This document shows, piece after piece, positions 47,445 through 61,219 of a stretch of 64,000 bases of DNA; position 1 is the stretch's first letter, and every line of letters starts with the position of its first letter. Both the position numbers and the translations under genes were made by a program. The stretch comes from Yuukianura sp. NJ FZ-2021 (Eukaryota). Location: the NCBI GenBank assembly GCA_046563655.1, contig CM102289.1, positions 1,116,001-1,180,000 of the forward strand, read 5' to 3'. The notes below the pieces were generated by a model. It was not told the DNA's origin. It saw only the letters and a program-made list of their open reading frames with translations, and made no database searches.

Positions 47445-49719
47445 TTAAGGTTTTCGGCTGTCGAGCTCATTTCCTCCTGTAAAAAAAAAACAAAGTTTAA
47501 ACAAACCCTTGTGACTTTTGAGGAAAATGAAAATTTAGTTTAACCTTATTTTAGTAAACATTTGTATATAATATTTTTGGAAACTAATATTTGACGTTAA
47601 AAAATTGTTAGGCATAGTTTGTTACCAGATCCATAATACTCTAAAATTCGACCAATTGCGTACGTCCAACTTTCGTTGAACTTCGAAAATGCTAACGTCT
47701 TTTCATCAGTGGACATTGCACTGTACCTGTTTCAAAAATTAATAAAATTTTGAAATTCTTTTTCAAAATTCATTATTTTAATTTCCTACGTAATAGAATT
47801 GAGTGCCAATTGTTTCAAAAATTTCAAATCGGCTCTTGATCCAGCCATGCCCATAAACGCATAGTAAAAGTCATGTGACAGGCCTCTCGAGCCCCATATT
47901 CCTACAAATTTTCAACTCAACTTTTTAAAATCTCTTTTTCAAACTTCAAAATTTCGAAAATTTTCAAAAAAAAAATTGTACCTGGACCGTCACTGGCAAT
48001 TACAACTGGAAATCCGTTTTGAAGCATTGCTTTCCCCGGGTGATTTCGAACGTCTTTGACTAAATTCAAAACCTTAAAAAAAGTAAAATCTGAAAAAGTT
48101 AAAATCACAAAAAGACAACCACAAAATTTTCAAAATTTTTGTACACATCTTAAATTTTTGTTTCGTACCTGGTTTGAAACTGGACAAAGTTCAACTCCAA
48201 TGCCTTTTTCTGCAACTAGTTTAAGCAAATGTGGATGCGCCGCTAGCGCGTAACCGTGTCCGATTCGTGTCGTATTTAATAAAATGGCGTCAAACAGATT
48301 TTCATCAATTGGTGTTCCGCGCCATGCCGTTTCACCAGAATGGAAGAAAAATTTGAGTCCCTTTGCGCCTGCGTCGAGCAGTTGAGGAACAAAAGACAGC
48401 AGTGGACCGCCTTTGTCTTCTTGGCCAACCATGTCAAATCCAGCGAAGAACTCAGGAAAAGTTGCTTGCATCTCTAGAGCATCCTGTAAACTATTAATAT
48501 AAATAATATATATATATTAATTTGATAATATATAATTCATAACTTACTGATCTCCCATGACCGTTTCAGTTTGGAATCTATGCGGAGCATAAATGGCTTT
48601 TGCTCCCCAGAATGCTGGATGGTCCACTTTAAATCGCTCAGTTTCTTCTTTGTACAATTGGACAACTTGGAGTGGAGTCAAAAGCGTTCCGTTCATATGG
48701 TACACCTAAAATTTCAAAAAACAAAGCTCCAATTTTGAATAACTTTCAAAATTTTGAAAACCAAGTTTTGAAATGCGTACCTCGTTAAATAGGCCTCGCA
48801 TTTCAATGTACATGACATTGTCATCGTAGAATTTCTGTAGCGTTTGGTAATAATAATCTCGAAAAGCGGGTTCGTAGTTTGCAATTCCCGAGATTGTCGT
48901 AATTTTTTTTTCAAAAAAGTACCAAGCTCTGTCTCCGTCTGGATAGTCAACTAAAAACACAAAAAATTGAAATTCCCGCTACTTTTTTTTTTGAAAATTG
49001 ATGTTACCATCGGGCCTTGGCGTGACCATGGACATTTCCTGTTGAAAGTAGTTATCGACATACTCAGCACTGGATGCGTTTGCACGGAAATCTGCAACTA
49101 GTTGATACTGATTTCCACTGAGCGTGTCACAAACACCGCCAGGCTGTTCGAGGGAAAATTTAAAAAGTAAATGGCGATCAGGGCCAATGCAGTAGTACAA
49201 ATTTTCCCATGTTGAAAGTACTGTCGCAACATACTCGGATGGTCCAACAGTAAAATCATGCATGTGCAGAGCAGCACCTAAACCATTTTAACTAATTACT
49301 CAAAAATTTCAAAATTTTGAAGTTTCTATACTCACCTTTTGGCAGACTTTCAATAATTTTGAAGACATTTGAGGCTTCAATGTGCTCACGAGCGTGGAAA
49401 AAGTGCTGGGCGGCGGGAAAATAGTCACCATTTGAACTCAAACCTTCACGAAATTCACGCGATTTGAATTTCATCAAAATTTCGTTCACTTCGGTTTCTA
49501 GCGTGTCAAGGGTCAAGTCATGTCCAATGAGATACTCATCCTCAGCCTAAGTGAAGAAAAGTTAGGAAGTTTAGAAAATTTGTGATTTTCATAATTTCAT
49601 TTTTTTTTTTTGAAAATTACTTCAAAATAGCTGTTTCTATGTTCCATGTACTCTTCTAGTGTCACTCCATTGACAACCAATGCCAAGCACAAGGTCAAAG
49701 CTAGTGATGGTAATCTCAT
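47445..49719 (-). CDS. Secreted adenosine deaminase ADGF/ADA2 (CECR1)-like, multi-exon
   Basis: Signal peptide; [55 protein letters not shown]. Last exon uncertain. Confidence 0.9.
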
Positions 49720-50897
49720 GATGATAAACTTTTTAGCACTTTTGTGAAAAAAAACTTTTGAAAACTGCTAAAAGTCACTAAAATGAAACAAAACTTCAGT
49801 TTTGTTTGTCTATTTAAATGAATTTCACGAAAAGCACTTCAAACGTTGGCAAAATCGAAATTTCAGTTTTTATCAGCATTCGTTATGACTAAAATGATTT
49901 CATTAGACAAAAATAATTTTTTAGACAGACAATTACAGTTATGTAAATACTTAATCCAAACTTTGAATTAAAACACAAAAGCTTACATTTTTTCTATAAA
50001 AATTGGTTAGATTTTACTTTAACCAAAATGTTGTTCATCTACTTTCCACTTATGCAACTGCAATGACAAGGAATGCGATAATATGAAAAGTGTGTAGCAT
50101 AAAATTGTTTATCGGGCTAATCTTAAACTGAATTAATTATTAACCAAGTAGGGAATTAGTTAATGTTAGCATTAACACTAACATTAAGATTATCGATTTC
50201 AAACTTAGACAAGGATTTGTGGGCTGTTCATCTGTGGTTTTCATTTTTACGATAAATTTACGCGACGTTCATCCGTCTATCACAACCACAACGTTTATTT
50301 AAGCACGACAAACATTTACATTGCGGACTAGTGAAATTTTATTAATAACGCTATTTTAATTGTTTTCTTTAAAAAAAACTTCCTGGGTTTTAGGTGAAAG
50401 TTTAACTTCAATGTTATTTTGCGAAGAATCGGCATTAGATGGTCAATTGCAGGCAAATTAAAAAAAATTACTCTGAAGTTACCAAAATTAAAATTACTGT
50501 TAAATAATCTTTTCTGCAATCTGTAATGAAAAAAGTAAAACCAGAAGTAGTAGTTTATGAAGTCACAAAAACTTTTCACCCAGTTTTTAGTTTCGTGCTA
50601 AAACCTTTCATGGTAATAGAAATTTTAGTTGTTATGATTGTAGAAGACAATTCGTGTTAGAAGGAACTTTTTTTTTGGAAATCAAATTTAGCCCGCCCTT
50701 TGCTCACATATCGTGATGACGAATGTTATGTATTCGATGCCAATTTTGCCATCAAATATTTTTTTCCATCAACCTTATTAGTTCTGCTTTTCTGAGGAAT
50801 TGTTTGTCTGAAAATCTAGAGTGATTTCTTGTGTAGAAGGTTGAGTCAAACGCTAATTTAAAATCACCTTTAATATTCAAATTTGCTTGCACAAAAT

Positions 50898-53312
50898 ATG
50901 TTCCGTTTTTGGATTTGTGTACACATAGTATGTTTTTGTTTTCAGTTGCTAGTACAACTAAGTTCAAATGAATTTACTTTCCACATTTTGAATCTACATG
51001 AACTCATAGATCAGTTTCCACACAGTGACAACTTGGTAATCGCTGAAAACAATCGTCAACCTGAAATTACCTTCAGTTTTGCTGTTCCAGTTAAATTGTA
51101 CTACATGTGGCACGAACATGGAAATTGCGAAGGATTTTCTGATCACTTGAGTAAGTTAGACAGTAAGCACATTAGTAACAAAAAACTACAAAAGTTTCAA
51201 GTTTTCTTATTATTTCCTGACAGTATTTATAAAAACCATGAATACAAAGGCCCTTTTAACTCTTGTTTCAAATCAGACTATGGATATACATCATATTATG
51301 CCAATTTAAACAGAAATTATGACATTTCATTTCATGTAGTCGATCGTACTGAAGATGTTGTTCGCAGATCAAGACAATTCAGCAGCCATTCACTTCTGTT
51401 TTTACACAAACTTACTTTAACTGCTAAAATTGCACGCGGGAAACTATTGTTTCCAGAACAGGAATTTGTAATATCCAAAACATCGTTTATAAAGCATAAG
51501 ATGATGTTTCCAATGAACACGACGGAAGTCCTGGTACTAAAAAGATTTCAACAGTTAATCCCAATTGTAGTTTCAGAAGCAAAACACATGCATTTTTTCC
51601 CCCAAACTGGAAATATGTATACAGTAGAGCCCGTAAAAGCACTAAATCCGTTTAAAACACACGAGTATGCTCCAATTACTTACACACTCCATGACTACAT
51701 GTCACTCCATTTAAGTAAAAACCTACTAATTTTACTTATTTTGAACGGGAAATTGATAACGGATACAAATTTCAACAAATCCAACAAAGACATCAAATGG
51801 TGGGCTCCCATTGTTCACAGTAATCACTTTCATTTATCTTCAATGTTCCAAGTTCCATATTTTATTCCTGTTGAAATGGAAAACATAAGTTTCTTAACCT
51901 GTGATGGTAATACTGATATGCTGAATTTTAAAATTTACACAAAACCGTACGATGTATATTGTTGGAGTACAGCTTTAGCAACAGGCGGTTTGTTAATAGT
52001 TTTATCTTTTTGGGTAATACATTTAACTATACCGTTACAAAACATTGGTTCAGTTTGCATTGATTTTTTATTTGTGTTTGTTGGAAGTCTGGTTGAAATA
52101 TTTTCTAAACCGCAACAAAACTCAGTCCGAAATTACAGAATATTTGTTATTAGTTTATGGTTTTTGTTGACTGTAATTTTAACAAATGCATACAAGGGCA
52201 TTATAGTATCGTACTTGACTACGGCAAAGCCCATTACCCAAACTTACTACGTTTTCAATCAGTTGGAGGATTTTGTAGTACTAACAGACATTCCATCCTT
52301 CGCTTACATCCTGAATGATCCGCAATACGGTAGTTACTTAAATGAAACGGAACATTTTGAAGCAAAAGAACTTTTACCGCACTTTTTTTGCCAGTGTCAA
52401 AATGAATACAAAAGTAAAACTTCGTACTTTGATTCTTTGAGGCCTGAAATTTCTGGAAATGCTCCTTTGGCACGACTTAAAACCGTTTTTAGTACAATAA
52501 GTTACGAATGTGTAAGTGATATTCCAGATCCAACAGATTACCGTAACGACTGGTTCGCATGTACTGACTGGTTCACATATTATAAAAAACTTAAAACTTT
52601 TAGTCAAAAAACTGTTTTAGCTCGGTCCAGATTGCCCAACAAAGTTATATTTATGAGAATAAGTCTTTTGGATGGCATCAAAGTTTATCAAAACATCAAC
52701 TTTACTTTTACCAGACTTTCGGAAATACTTTCATCCTGTTCTAAAACGGCCCTCGCCTCTACCGAGTCAAATTTGAATTTGTATTTAGCACACTACGAAA
52801 ACGAAATTGAACGTGAACGGGTAGATTCTACTGTACATTATCGCAAAGGAACGGAACCAATTGGTTCGATTGTGCAAGGATACAATTTAGAAGATTCACT
52901 TGACTACAATCGTGTACAAATTCTAATGCACTCTGGAATTTATCGTTTGTGGGAAAAGTGGTTTCCAATAAGTAGACCTAAACCATGGGATAATGTTTTT
53001 AATGAACATGAAAAAACAAAAGCAGCACAACGAGAGCCCAAAAAATTGAGAGTGACAGGAAACATTATTACTTGTTTCTACCTGACGCTGTGTTGCTTGG
53101 GATTGTGTTGTTTAGTTTTCCTGTATGAACTAAGATCATTACTTTATATGTATTTAATTCAAGTAATAACTATGCTTAGGAACCTAGTATTTGCCACTAT
53201 ACGGTATTGCAAACCTTCAAAAAACACTTTTTTGAATTTGTTCCGCGAAAATATTGCAAATACAAAGCTCACAATCAGAATTGTGAACAGAGTTTTTAAT
53301 ACTAAATCATGA
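50898..53312 (+). CDS. Intronless divergent ionotropic receptor-like protein
   Basis: ~805-aa ORF: signal peptide, FLTCDG, M1, GSLVE pore, M2 + NAYKG..LT, LMHSGIYRLW, final TM after GNIITCF. Confidence 0.75.
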   Translation: MFRFWICVHIVCFCFQLLVQLSSNEFTFHILNLHELIDQFPHSDNLVIAENNRQPEITFSFAVPVKLYYMWHEHGNCEGFSDHLSKLDSKHISNKKLQKFQVFLLFPDSIYKNHEYKGPFNSCFKSDYGYTSYYANLNRNYDISFHVVDRTEDVVRRSRQFSSHSLLFLHKLTLTAKIARGKLLFPEQEFVISKTSFIKHKMMFPMNTTEVLVLKRFQQLIPIVVSEAKHMHFFPQTGNMYTVEPVKALNPFKTHEYAPITYTLHDYMSLHLSKNLLILLILNGKLITDTNFNKSNKDIKWWAPIVHSNHFHLSSMFQVPYFIPVEMENISFLTCDGNTDMLNFKIYTKPYDVYCWSTALATGGLLIVLSFWVIHLTIPLQNIGSVCIDFLFVFVGSLVEIFSKPQQNSVRNYRIFVISLWFLLTVILTNAYKGIIVSYLTTAKPITQTYYVFNQLEDFVVLTDIPSFAYILNDPQYGSYLNETEHFEAKELLPHFFCQCQNEYKSKTSYFDSLRPEISGNAPLARLKTVFSTISYECVSDIPDPTDYRNDWFACTDWFTYYKKLKTFSQKTVLARSRLPNKVIFMRISLLDGIKVYQNINFTFTRLSEILSSCSKTALASTESNLNLYLAHYENEIERERVDSTVHYRKGTEPIGSIVQGYNLEDSLDYNRVQILMHSGIYRLWEKWFPISRPKPWDNVFNEHEKTKAAQREPKKLRVTGNIITCFYLTLCCLGLCCLVFLYELRSLLYMYLIQVITMLRNLVFATIRYCKPSKNTFLNLFRENIANTKLTIRIVNRVFNTKS

Positions 53313-54206
53313 TTTCGGCAAAAAAATTTAAGCTACCTATCAGCATATACCACTTTAAAAGTGTTTCACAAAAAAACTTATTTTAAACTTAGTTTCCATT
53401 TAATTAGGTTAGTAATTAACCTAACCTAAGTAGTCCTAAAAATGTGATATAGAAATGAGGCGCTGCACTTTTTCTTTTCAAATTTTTGGCTCCAGAGCAC
53501 AGTTTCTGTACCGATCGACCTCTCAACCTCAATAAATTTTCGGAAATTGGCGCTCTCACCTAAATAATTAATCAGGTTAGGTTGGAGGAAGTCTGTGATT
53601 GGTCAAACTGAAAGTAGAAAGTGAAAGTCAGGTGTGAACCATACTTTTTTCAAGTGTTTGGACAGCAAAGGGTTGGTTTTGCGTCACTTTGGTAACTTTC
53701 ACTTCCAGTTCAGAAAGCTTTTGCTCCAAGGCTTTTCTGGAGCTATTGATTTTATCATAGCCTTCAAGCGCTGACTATCCGTCGATGCTCGACCAGCCGC
53801 CCACGTACTCAAAACCGCTAAAAAAAATTCTTGTTTCATTCACTCTTCTACGTCTGCAGAGCCCATGGAAAATGCAAGAGAAAGTTCTCTTTTGCGCACA
53901 AAAGGGAACAAAAGGTAAGCAGCAGCATATGACAAGAAGAACTTTCCCCTGAGGACTCTGTCATCCACTCCCCAAGTTCTTGTGATTCAATTTGTCTGAA
54001 AAGGTTATAGTGCAACCTAACGTTAGCCTAACCTAGCCTAACTTAAAACAAAGTAAGCATTGCTGAACACTGCAATGACAGTGTCTAACTGTGACAACAG
54101 CAGTTGACACAAATTTCAAAAGAAGTTGTTCAAATTTATAAAAATCTTCCCAACTTCCTGATTTTTTTTGTTAAATTTTGAACGGCTGAAGAAAAGTGAC
54201 TGGAAA

Positions 54207-55229
54207 ATGGTGCTGTGGGCAGTTTTGACGCCGTTGGTGCTTTTTCTGGTGCTGGTTCCTGGTGTAAGTACATATTAACTATAGATTATGTTTATCTAAA
54301 GTTAACTTTTAATGATGTTAACTAAAGTTAAGTTTTAATTATGTAAATAACTAATGCTAAGTTCTTACTGACTGATGCAGTATGTTGTGGCGACATACGT
54401 GAAGCACAGGATGACCGTGTCCAAGGAAAAACCGAAGCGACTGCTTGGAAACGCCTGCAGCTCTTCGTACTACACCAACAAATCAACCATTCGAGGTTTG
54501 TTCGAAAAAAATTTTGAAAAAAAAGAAAGACTTTTTTCGTAAATAAAAAACTGAAATTTAAAATTTTGACAACTACAGAAAGACTTCAGGAGAGGAGCAG
54601 TCTGAATGTACCGAGTGCTGTTAAGCCTACAACGAAACATTTGCGATCATCATCTTCTGCTGGAATGACGCACGTACCTGCGACTAAATCACGTATTAAA
54701 TTTTATTAATTTAAAATAAATTAAAAAAAATTAAAATTTGATAAATTTTGAAAACACTTTTCAAAAAGTGTTCAACTGAAGTAAATTATGGTTTAAATTT
54801 TCAGTGATACTGCAACAACCGCAGACGAAGCGGCAGCATTTTCGGAGAAACAGCAGCCCAGTGTCGGTGCTGCTCACGCCGCAGCATCAGCCGGAAATTA
54901 TGGAGACTTACTCGCCATACCAAATCAGATCAGCTCCAGCATCATGTGACGAGAAAAGTCCGGAGGAAACGCCCCGAAAATTTAAATCTTCCGCGAACAA
55001 ATTGTCCATGGACAAATCATCCGCGGAAAAAAGGAGCTCGGACACAAACAACAATGGAAAACAGTACGGACGACGCATGCGTCCACGACATTTGACTCAT
55101 CCAGAGTCACCAGTACATTTTTACGCAACGGCAACTGGCACTTACCCATTCAGCATCCACTCAATGAAAATGGAACCGTTGCGGGAGACTTTGAAAGTGG
55201 ATTTGCCTGAAATTTTGGACAAACCGTAG
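54207..55229 (+). CDS. Uncharacterised single-pass/anchored low-complexity protein (4 exons)
   Basis: MVLWAVLTPLVLFLVLVPG|YVVATYVKH.. splices in frame through GT-AG introns into ORF 54804..55229. Confidence 0.55.
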
Positions 55230-55805
55230 TATGTCTATTTCAAAATTTTCAAAAAAAAAGTTTCAAAATTTCCATAAATTCTACGCATTCTAGTCAATAG
55301 CTTGCTGTGACCAGTTTTATTTTAAACAAGATTTGCAAAAGGTATTGTAAAATTGTGAAAAATTAGAGTGGAAATTTATTACCTCCGCTTAACCTGCACT
55401 AACTTACTGAATTTTTGAAATTGATGTTTAAGGAGTCGAAGTCAGCCGCGTGCTTCTGTGCAGATCATAATTTTTAAATAATTTTGCTAAATTGGACACA
55501 AAAAAGTGTCTAAGGAGGGATACGAGTTTTATGCATTTGGCAAGAAATTCTCGCGTACACTAAATTTAATTAAAATTTAATTACAGATTAGCACTAATAC
55601 TCTTTATATGACTTCTGGCACGTTGCAGAACAAACTTCTGGAGCAGAGGATTTCAATTGTCACTGTGAAATTGGTTTTGAGTTAAAGATTAAACTCGGAT
55701 GTCAGAAAACAAAATCTTTAGAACATGTCTTCATTTCTTTCCAAGATTTCTTCATTTCAAGTTCATTTTTAGTTTTCAAAAGTTCATTTTCATATCATTT
55801 GTGCT

Positions 55806-57717
55806 ATGGCTTTCAACGCTGAGCTCTGCCCAACAATGGAACAACTAAATTCCGTCGTGCAAAAAATCGGTTTACACTGTTCCGAAAAAATTTTGAATTT
55901 TGTGCCACCAGAACAGCTTGAACAAGAATTGGAGCAACTTTTTAAAAATTCAAACAATGGAAATGTTGCCGCCGACGTTGAAAAGATTGTTGATTTTGTA
56001 CTTTCCCGCTGCGTGAACACTTCGCACGAACATTTTGTGAGTCAATTCTACGCAGGTCCAAATCCGGTTGGCCTTGTAGCGTCATTCCTCACCGAAAAAA
56101 TGAACACAAACTTGTAAGTTAGTGAAATAAATTAGTAATTATTCATGCAATTATTATTATTATTATTATATTATTTTTTTAGACATACGTATGAAGCTGC
56201 TCCTGTTTTTGTCCTAACTGAGCGCCTCATGCTGCGCAACTTGAGAAAACTTTTTTTCGGATTTGAAAACGGGGACGGAGTGTTTTGCCCTGGCGGGAGT
56301 TTTGGGAATTTCTATGCTCTTGTCACTGCCAGGCATCAAGCGTTTCCTGACATAAAAAACACTGGACTTTCTGGGTTACCGGCAATGCAAATATTCATTT
56401 CGGACGAGGTGAATTTCAAATTTTACTTAAAGATTTCAAAATTTTTTGAAAATAATGTCTGACTTGTTCCCCAAGGGCCACTACTCAGCTTCTAAAATGG
56501 CGAATTGGATGGGCATTGGTGAAAACAATGTGATAAAAATTCCGACTTATAAAAATGGCGCCATGATGACCGAAAAATTAGAACAAGAAATTCTGCGATG
56601 TAAAAAAGAAGGCAAAATTCCACTTGCTGTAATTGCCACTAGTGGAACAACAGTACTCGGAGCATTTGATAATCTAGAAGAAATTTCAAAAGTAAGACAT
56701 TTTCAAAAAAAATAAGTCTATGAATTTTTGAAATTTGGATTTGCACTGCAGTATATTGTAAAAATTTTTGGTAGATTTGTGAAAAAGAAAAAGTTTGGTT
56801 GCACTGCGACGCTGCTTGGGGTGGAGCGTTCATATTTTCACCAAAACTGCGAAGTCAATGGCTCAAAGGGATTGAAAGGTTTGAAATTTCCCGCGTAATT
56901 TTAAATTAATTGTAATTAAAATTAAGTTTCTAATTAACTTTAATTTGGATTTTGTATAGGTGTGACTCTATTTTGTGGAATGCACATAAAATGCTTGGAG
57001 CTCCACTGCAATGTTCAGCATTTCTGACCAAAAAATCTGAAATTTTGGCGTCTTGCAACTCCGTGAAGGCTCCGTATCTTTTTCAGTCCAATAAACATTA
57101 CGATCCACTCTACGACGAAAGCGGCGACAAAAGTAAATGTTGCACAACAAATTCAAAAAAAATCCACAAATTCATTTGCATTTGAAATTTCGGAATTTTT
57201 CCTTTTAAATCCTAGGTGTTCAGTGCGGCCGAAAACCGGATGCGTTTAAATTGTGGCTCATGTGGGCAACTCTGGGTGTCGACTATTTCCAACAATCAAT
57301 TGAAAAAACAGAAGAATGCGCTCGGTATTTTACGGAATCAATTCGGAATCGCTCGGGATTTGTGCTGTACTTAGACAAACATCAATGCACAAACGTTTTG
57401 TTTTGGTATATTCCTTTGCGGTTGAGGGATAAGCCAAAAACGGAAGCATGGTGGACAGAAGTCGGAGAGGTAAACATTTCAGAAAAAAATTCGAAGCAAA
57501 TTCTTTTATCTTTTTTTTTTCTCCAAAATTTCAGATTACGGTGCAACTTAGAACAAAATTGCTACTGCAGAATCTAGTGATGATTGGATTCGCTCCAATA
57601 CCAAACAAAGGGATTCCGAATCTACTTCGACTGGTGCTCACTGCATGTCCACTTAAAGAAACCAAAAACATGGATTTCATTATAGAAAGTATCGAAAGCG
57701 TTGGCCTCCATCTCTAA
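55806..57717 (+). CDS. Group II PLP-dependent acidic amino acid decarboxylase (GAD/CSAD/ADC-like), multi-exon
   Basis: [54 protein letters not shown] (PLP Lys), [16 protein letters not shown]. Confidence 0.9.
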
Positions 57718-58106
57718 CCGATTCAAAATTTCAATAAAAAATATAAAAAAAAAATGAACTTTGAAAAATTGTAACGCTGAAGCTTCAGCTTGAAGCAATC
57801 AATTTAATAGCGAAGTCATTTTGGAATAGAATTAATTATTTGCTGGTTTTGAATCTAAATAGTTCACAAACTCCGATTTCCAGGCAACTATGTCTACTTT
57901 TTGGTTGGGGTAAGGTTTAACATCCGTCATTGTAGCCACATAGTGTAGCCAGCCACTCGCCAGTTTTAGTGGCACCACTAGGTGGCTACACTGAGGGGCA
58001 ACTTGTTGCCATTTTAGGTTAAAGTGGACAGACATTCATACAGAGATACAGACAGGCAGACATAAATAGGACTAAGTAGCTATCGCCACATAATGAATGC
58101 ATCCAA

Positions 58107-61100
58107 CTAATGCAAAGTAATATTTTGTCCAAGACTGCGAATCATTTCCAGACACTCGTTGATTTTCTTCTTCTCTCCAATCCGTTCCAGTGCTTTCATC
58201 GCTTCTTTCAACATACCCGCCTATAAAACAAACCATCATAATTTTGAATTTGAGAATAAAATTTTATATCAAATACCATAAGCTAGAATTCAAAACTTTC
58301 CATACCTTTTCTCCTGGACAAGTGATGACTTGGTTAGGTAAGTATTTACACTTGAGATAGAGAGCAAGAGCCTTCCGTTTTTCTCGAACAAGATTGACTT
58401 CTTTCGTTTTCTTGCCAAGCTTACAATTGGTTGAAGTCAGAAGATCTTCTCCAGACGTCTCTTCACTCGTGCTGCAAATAAGAGCTCTCTGATTGGCTCT
58501 GATTTGTCGAAGACTTGCATCCAGCAGTTGTTGAGTCCGTCCAGGAGCAGCGTAGTTCATCAGCCGCTGACAAGCTTCGTACAAGTAAACTGAAGGAAGG
58601 GATGCTGGATTGTAGTGCGTCAAGGACCGCAAACTGTCCAAATCTTTCGAAAAGCCGCTGATTTCACGAGTTTCCTCCCACAGTTCCATCCGGCATTCCA
58701 AAATCCACTCGGCAGCCAAACACCAAATGAGCTAAAAATTAATTCGTAAAAAAAGTGCCTCAAAATTCAGTCAACACCTCAAGCATTTTGTTTTATACCG
58801 AATTTACTCACTTGTACAACACGTTTTGGTTTATCAGTGGATGTGTTGACGCTGTCGCGCAAGTATGCTGAAGCAGTATCCAGCATTTCTTTGGAAGGTA
58901 CTTGATTCAGCATCACAGCCCTCTTGCATAAGTGAATCTTCCGAATCGCCTTGAGCAGAGGTGTTGTCTCTCCTTTAGCTTTCAAGTGTTTCCAAAGTTC
59001 GTCGTTGAGACGGTAAAGCCTCTTCAATGTTTCTCTGCGACCACCTAAAAATCAAAAAAATAATAATTTTTTTTTTCAAAATTCATTCAAAATTTTGAAT
59101 CCATGCTGAATTGTACTTACCACCGCCAATCCATTCAGCCTGTGTCCACATGACACAAGTCCAAAACTGCGCCATCTTATCATTTTTTCCACACGATTTG
59201 AGGACAATTCGAAACAAGTCACTTCCAGTGCCAAAGTGAAACAGCTGATTGATTCCAGCCGACAGCGTTTCTTCTCTAAACTTTGAAATCATCTGAGTAG
59301 ATTCATCTCCTCCGGTCAAAGTTCCCGCCAAAGTGAAATCCGTCGTCAGTGGAACTCCTTTTGAAATCCAAGTTTTCAGAAAAGCAAGTCCCTCTGGAGT
59401 ACTGAATGTCGGATGTTCAGAGAAATTGGTCCAGAGGAGAACAAATTTGAGCAAAAATCGGGATTTTGCTTGAATCAAACTTCGGATGACAATTTGTTTG
59501 TTCACCGGTGAGAAGTTGATTGCTCGAACAAAAGGGAAGAAGCCTTTTCCAGTTCGCCTTCCATACTCCAGATACAAGTTGCTAATTTCCTCATTGATCT
59601 CCACATATTTCACATTCGTCGTCTTCCTCCGCAGTTTGAACGGCATGATGACAAAGTTCACTAAAGTTGCAACTGCAGAAGTGAACGAATTCCTCGGAAA
59701 GTTGTCGAATTCCTTCAGAACAGACTCCACTTCCTCAGTTTTTGCTTTTGCCCAATTCCGGTTTTTCAAAAGCTTCAATTTCTCCGGAGTGTACTTGGCC
59801 CTACGTCGACTATCGCCAATCCATCCGGTCATGTAGTACACAAAAATGAAAATTAGCAAGTTGATGAATACGGTCAGAGCTCTTGGAAACCATAAATTAT
59901 AAAAGTCGTTGCTTGGAGTTGGAATTGTCGTCATGTCGTCGATTGATCGTTCGACACGACTGTGCGGATGAGCAGTAGAGTGGTTAGAGTCAATGTGGTT
60001 GGTAATTGGGTTAATTAGAAACAGTCCTGCGGCGAGACTGAAAAGCAGAAGTGGAGATTTATTCATCTTGGGGCTGGGTTTGACATCGTCGTTTGGTGAT
60101 GGAGGATTTGAGGAATCCGTGGATTCTGTTTCGGTTTGAGGCGGAGTTGCTGGAATCGATCCAGCCAAGATTCCACGCAGTGTCATGTCGTTTCGACAAG
60201 TCAAGCACTGCGACATCGACTTCTTCAGTTCACGATTCTCCTTATCCAATCGACCATTCGACGTTTGGAGATAACGGATTGTGTCAATCGATGAACGCAA
60301 AATTGCAGCTTTATGGACTTTCTCGTTCGGATCGCTCGGAGAACAAACCTAAAAATGAAAACCCATGAAAATCTAAGTAATCTTGAGGTGTTTTCAATTT
60401 ACTAACCAAATTCTTCAATTCGATGATTTTGTCATTGATACTTGAGCGATACCGTCTCTCAATGGCGTTGTGTGAACTTCTGCGAGTGGTTGTCTCTTTC
60501 TTCCGACCACCACGACTTCCTTCCTTGTCCAATCTTTTCACTGGTAACTTATTCCCTCTCTTGTTAGTAATCTGAGCACTGTTCCCTACAACAGCCAGTT
60601 GAAGCTGAGGCAAAAGAACTGTGTTTCCGTTGAACATGGCCTGGGTAATTGGGATGCCAAATCCAGTGAAAGATCCTGCTGCAGTTGTGAATTGCATTGG
60701 CTGCTGGTGCTGGGTGACCGGTGGGCTGAGTAGTGTAGCCACTTCGGACAAAGTGTTTACAGCAGGCTTCGGGGTAGATGCAGGATTGAGTGCTGGAATG
60801 GATACGTTACTGGTTGTGCCAAGTGGTTGCAGAATTGGTGGACTAGAAGGACTACTATTCGGTTGAGGTGACATTTGTGACAGCATGACCATTGGCTGCG
60901 GCGATGGAGTTGGAGTTTCAACGTGAGATTCTGGTGAAGAAGGAAGATGTGCTACCATTGGCTGCATTGGGAGTTCGGGTCCGAGAGGCGAATGCGGCGA
61001 TGGTGGCTCAAAGTTCATGCTTAGCGAGGGCTCCAACTTACACCAGTCTATAGTTGAATCCTCCATCAGTAGTTCTAAATGAAAAAGAATAACATTATAA

Positions 61101-61219
61101 CTCTTGAACATTTTGAACAAAATCTTCCAAATCCAGTAATCATTTTCCTTACCGTCCAGTAGGTCAATGTCAGGACCAAAATCGTCCATCATAACTGCGT
61201 CTAGGTCTTCCCTGCTCAT
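58107..61219 (-). CDS. SREBP: Sterol regulatory element-binding protein, multi-exon
   Basis: Acidic N-terminus; b[27 protein letters not shown] with the diagnostic Tyr; two TMs (NP in TM1); C-terminal [17 protein letters not shown]. Confidence 0.92.

Noticed and set aside
53400..54045. Interstitial telomere (TTAGG/CCTAA)
   Set aside because: Only two or three scattered degenerate units, no array.
59486..60866. Plus-strand ORFs over SREBP (and similar short antisense ORFs throughout)
   Set aside because: Shadow frames of well-supported genes on the other strand.
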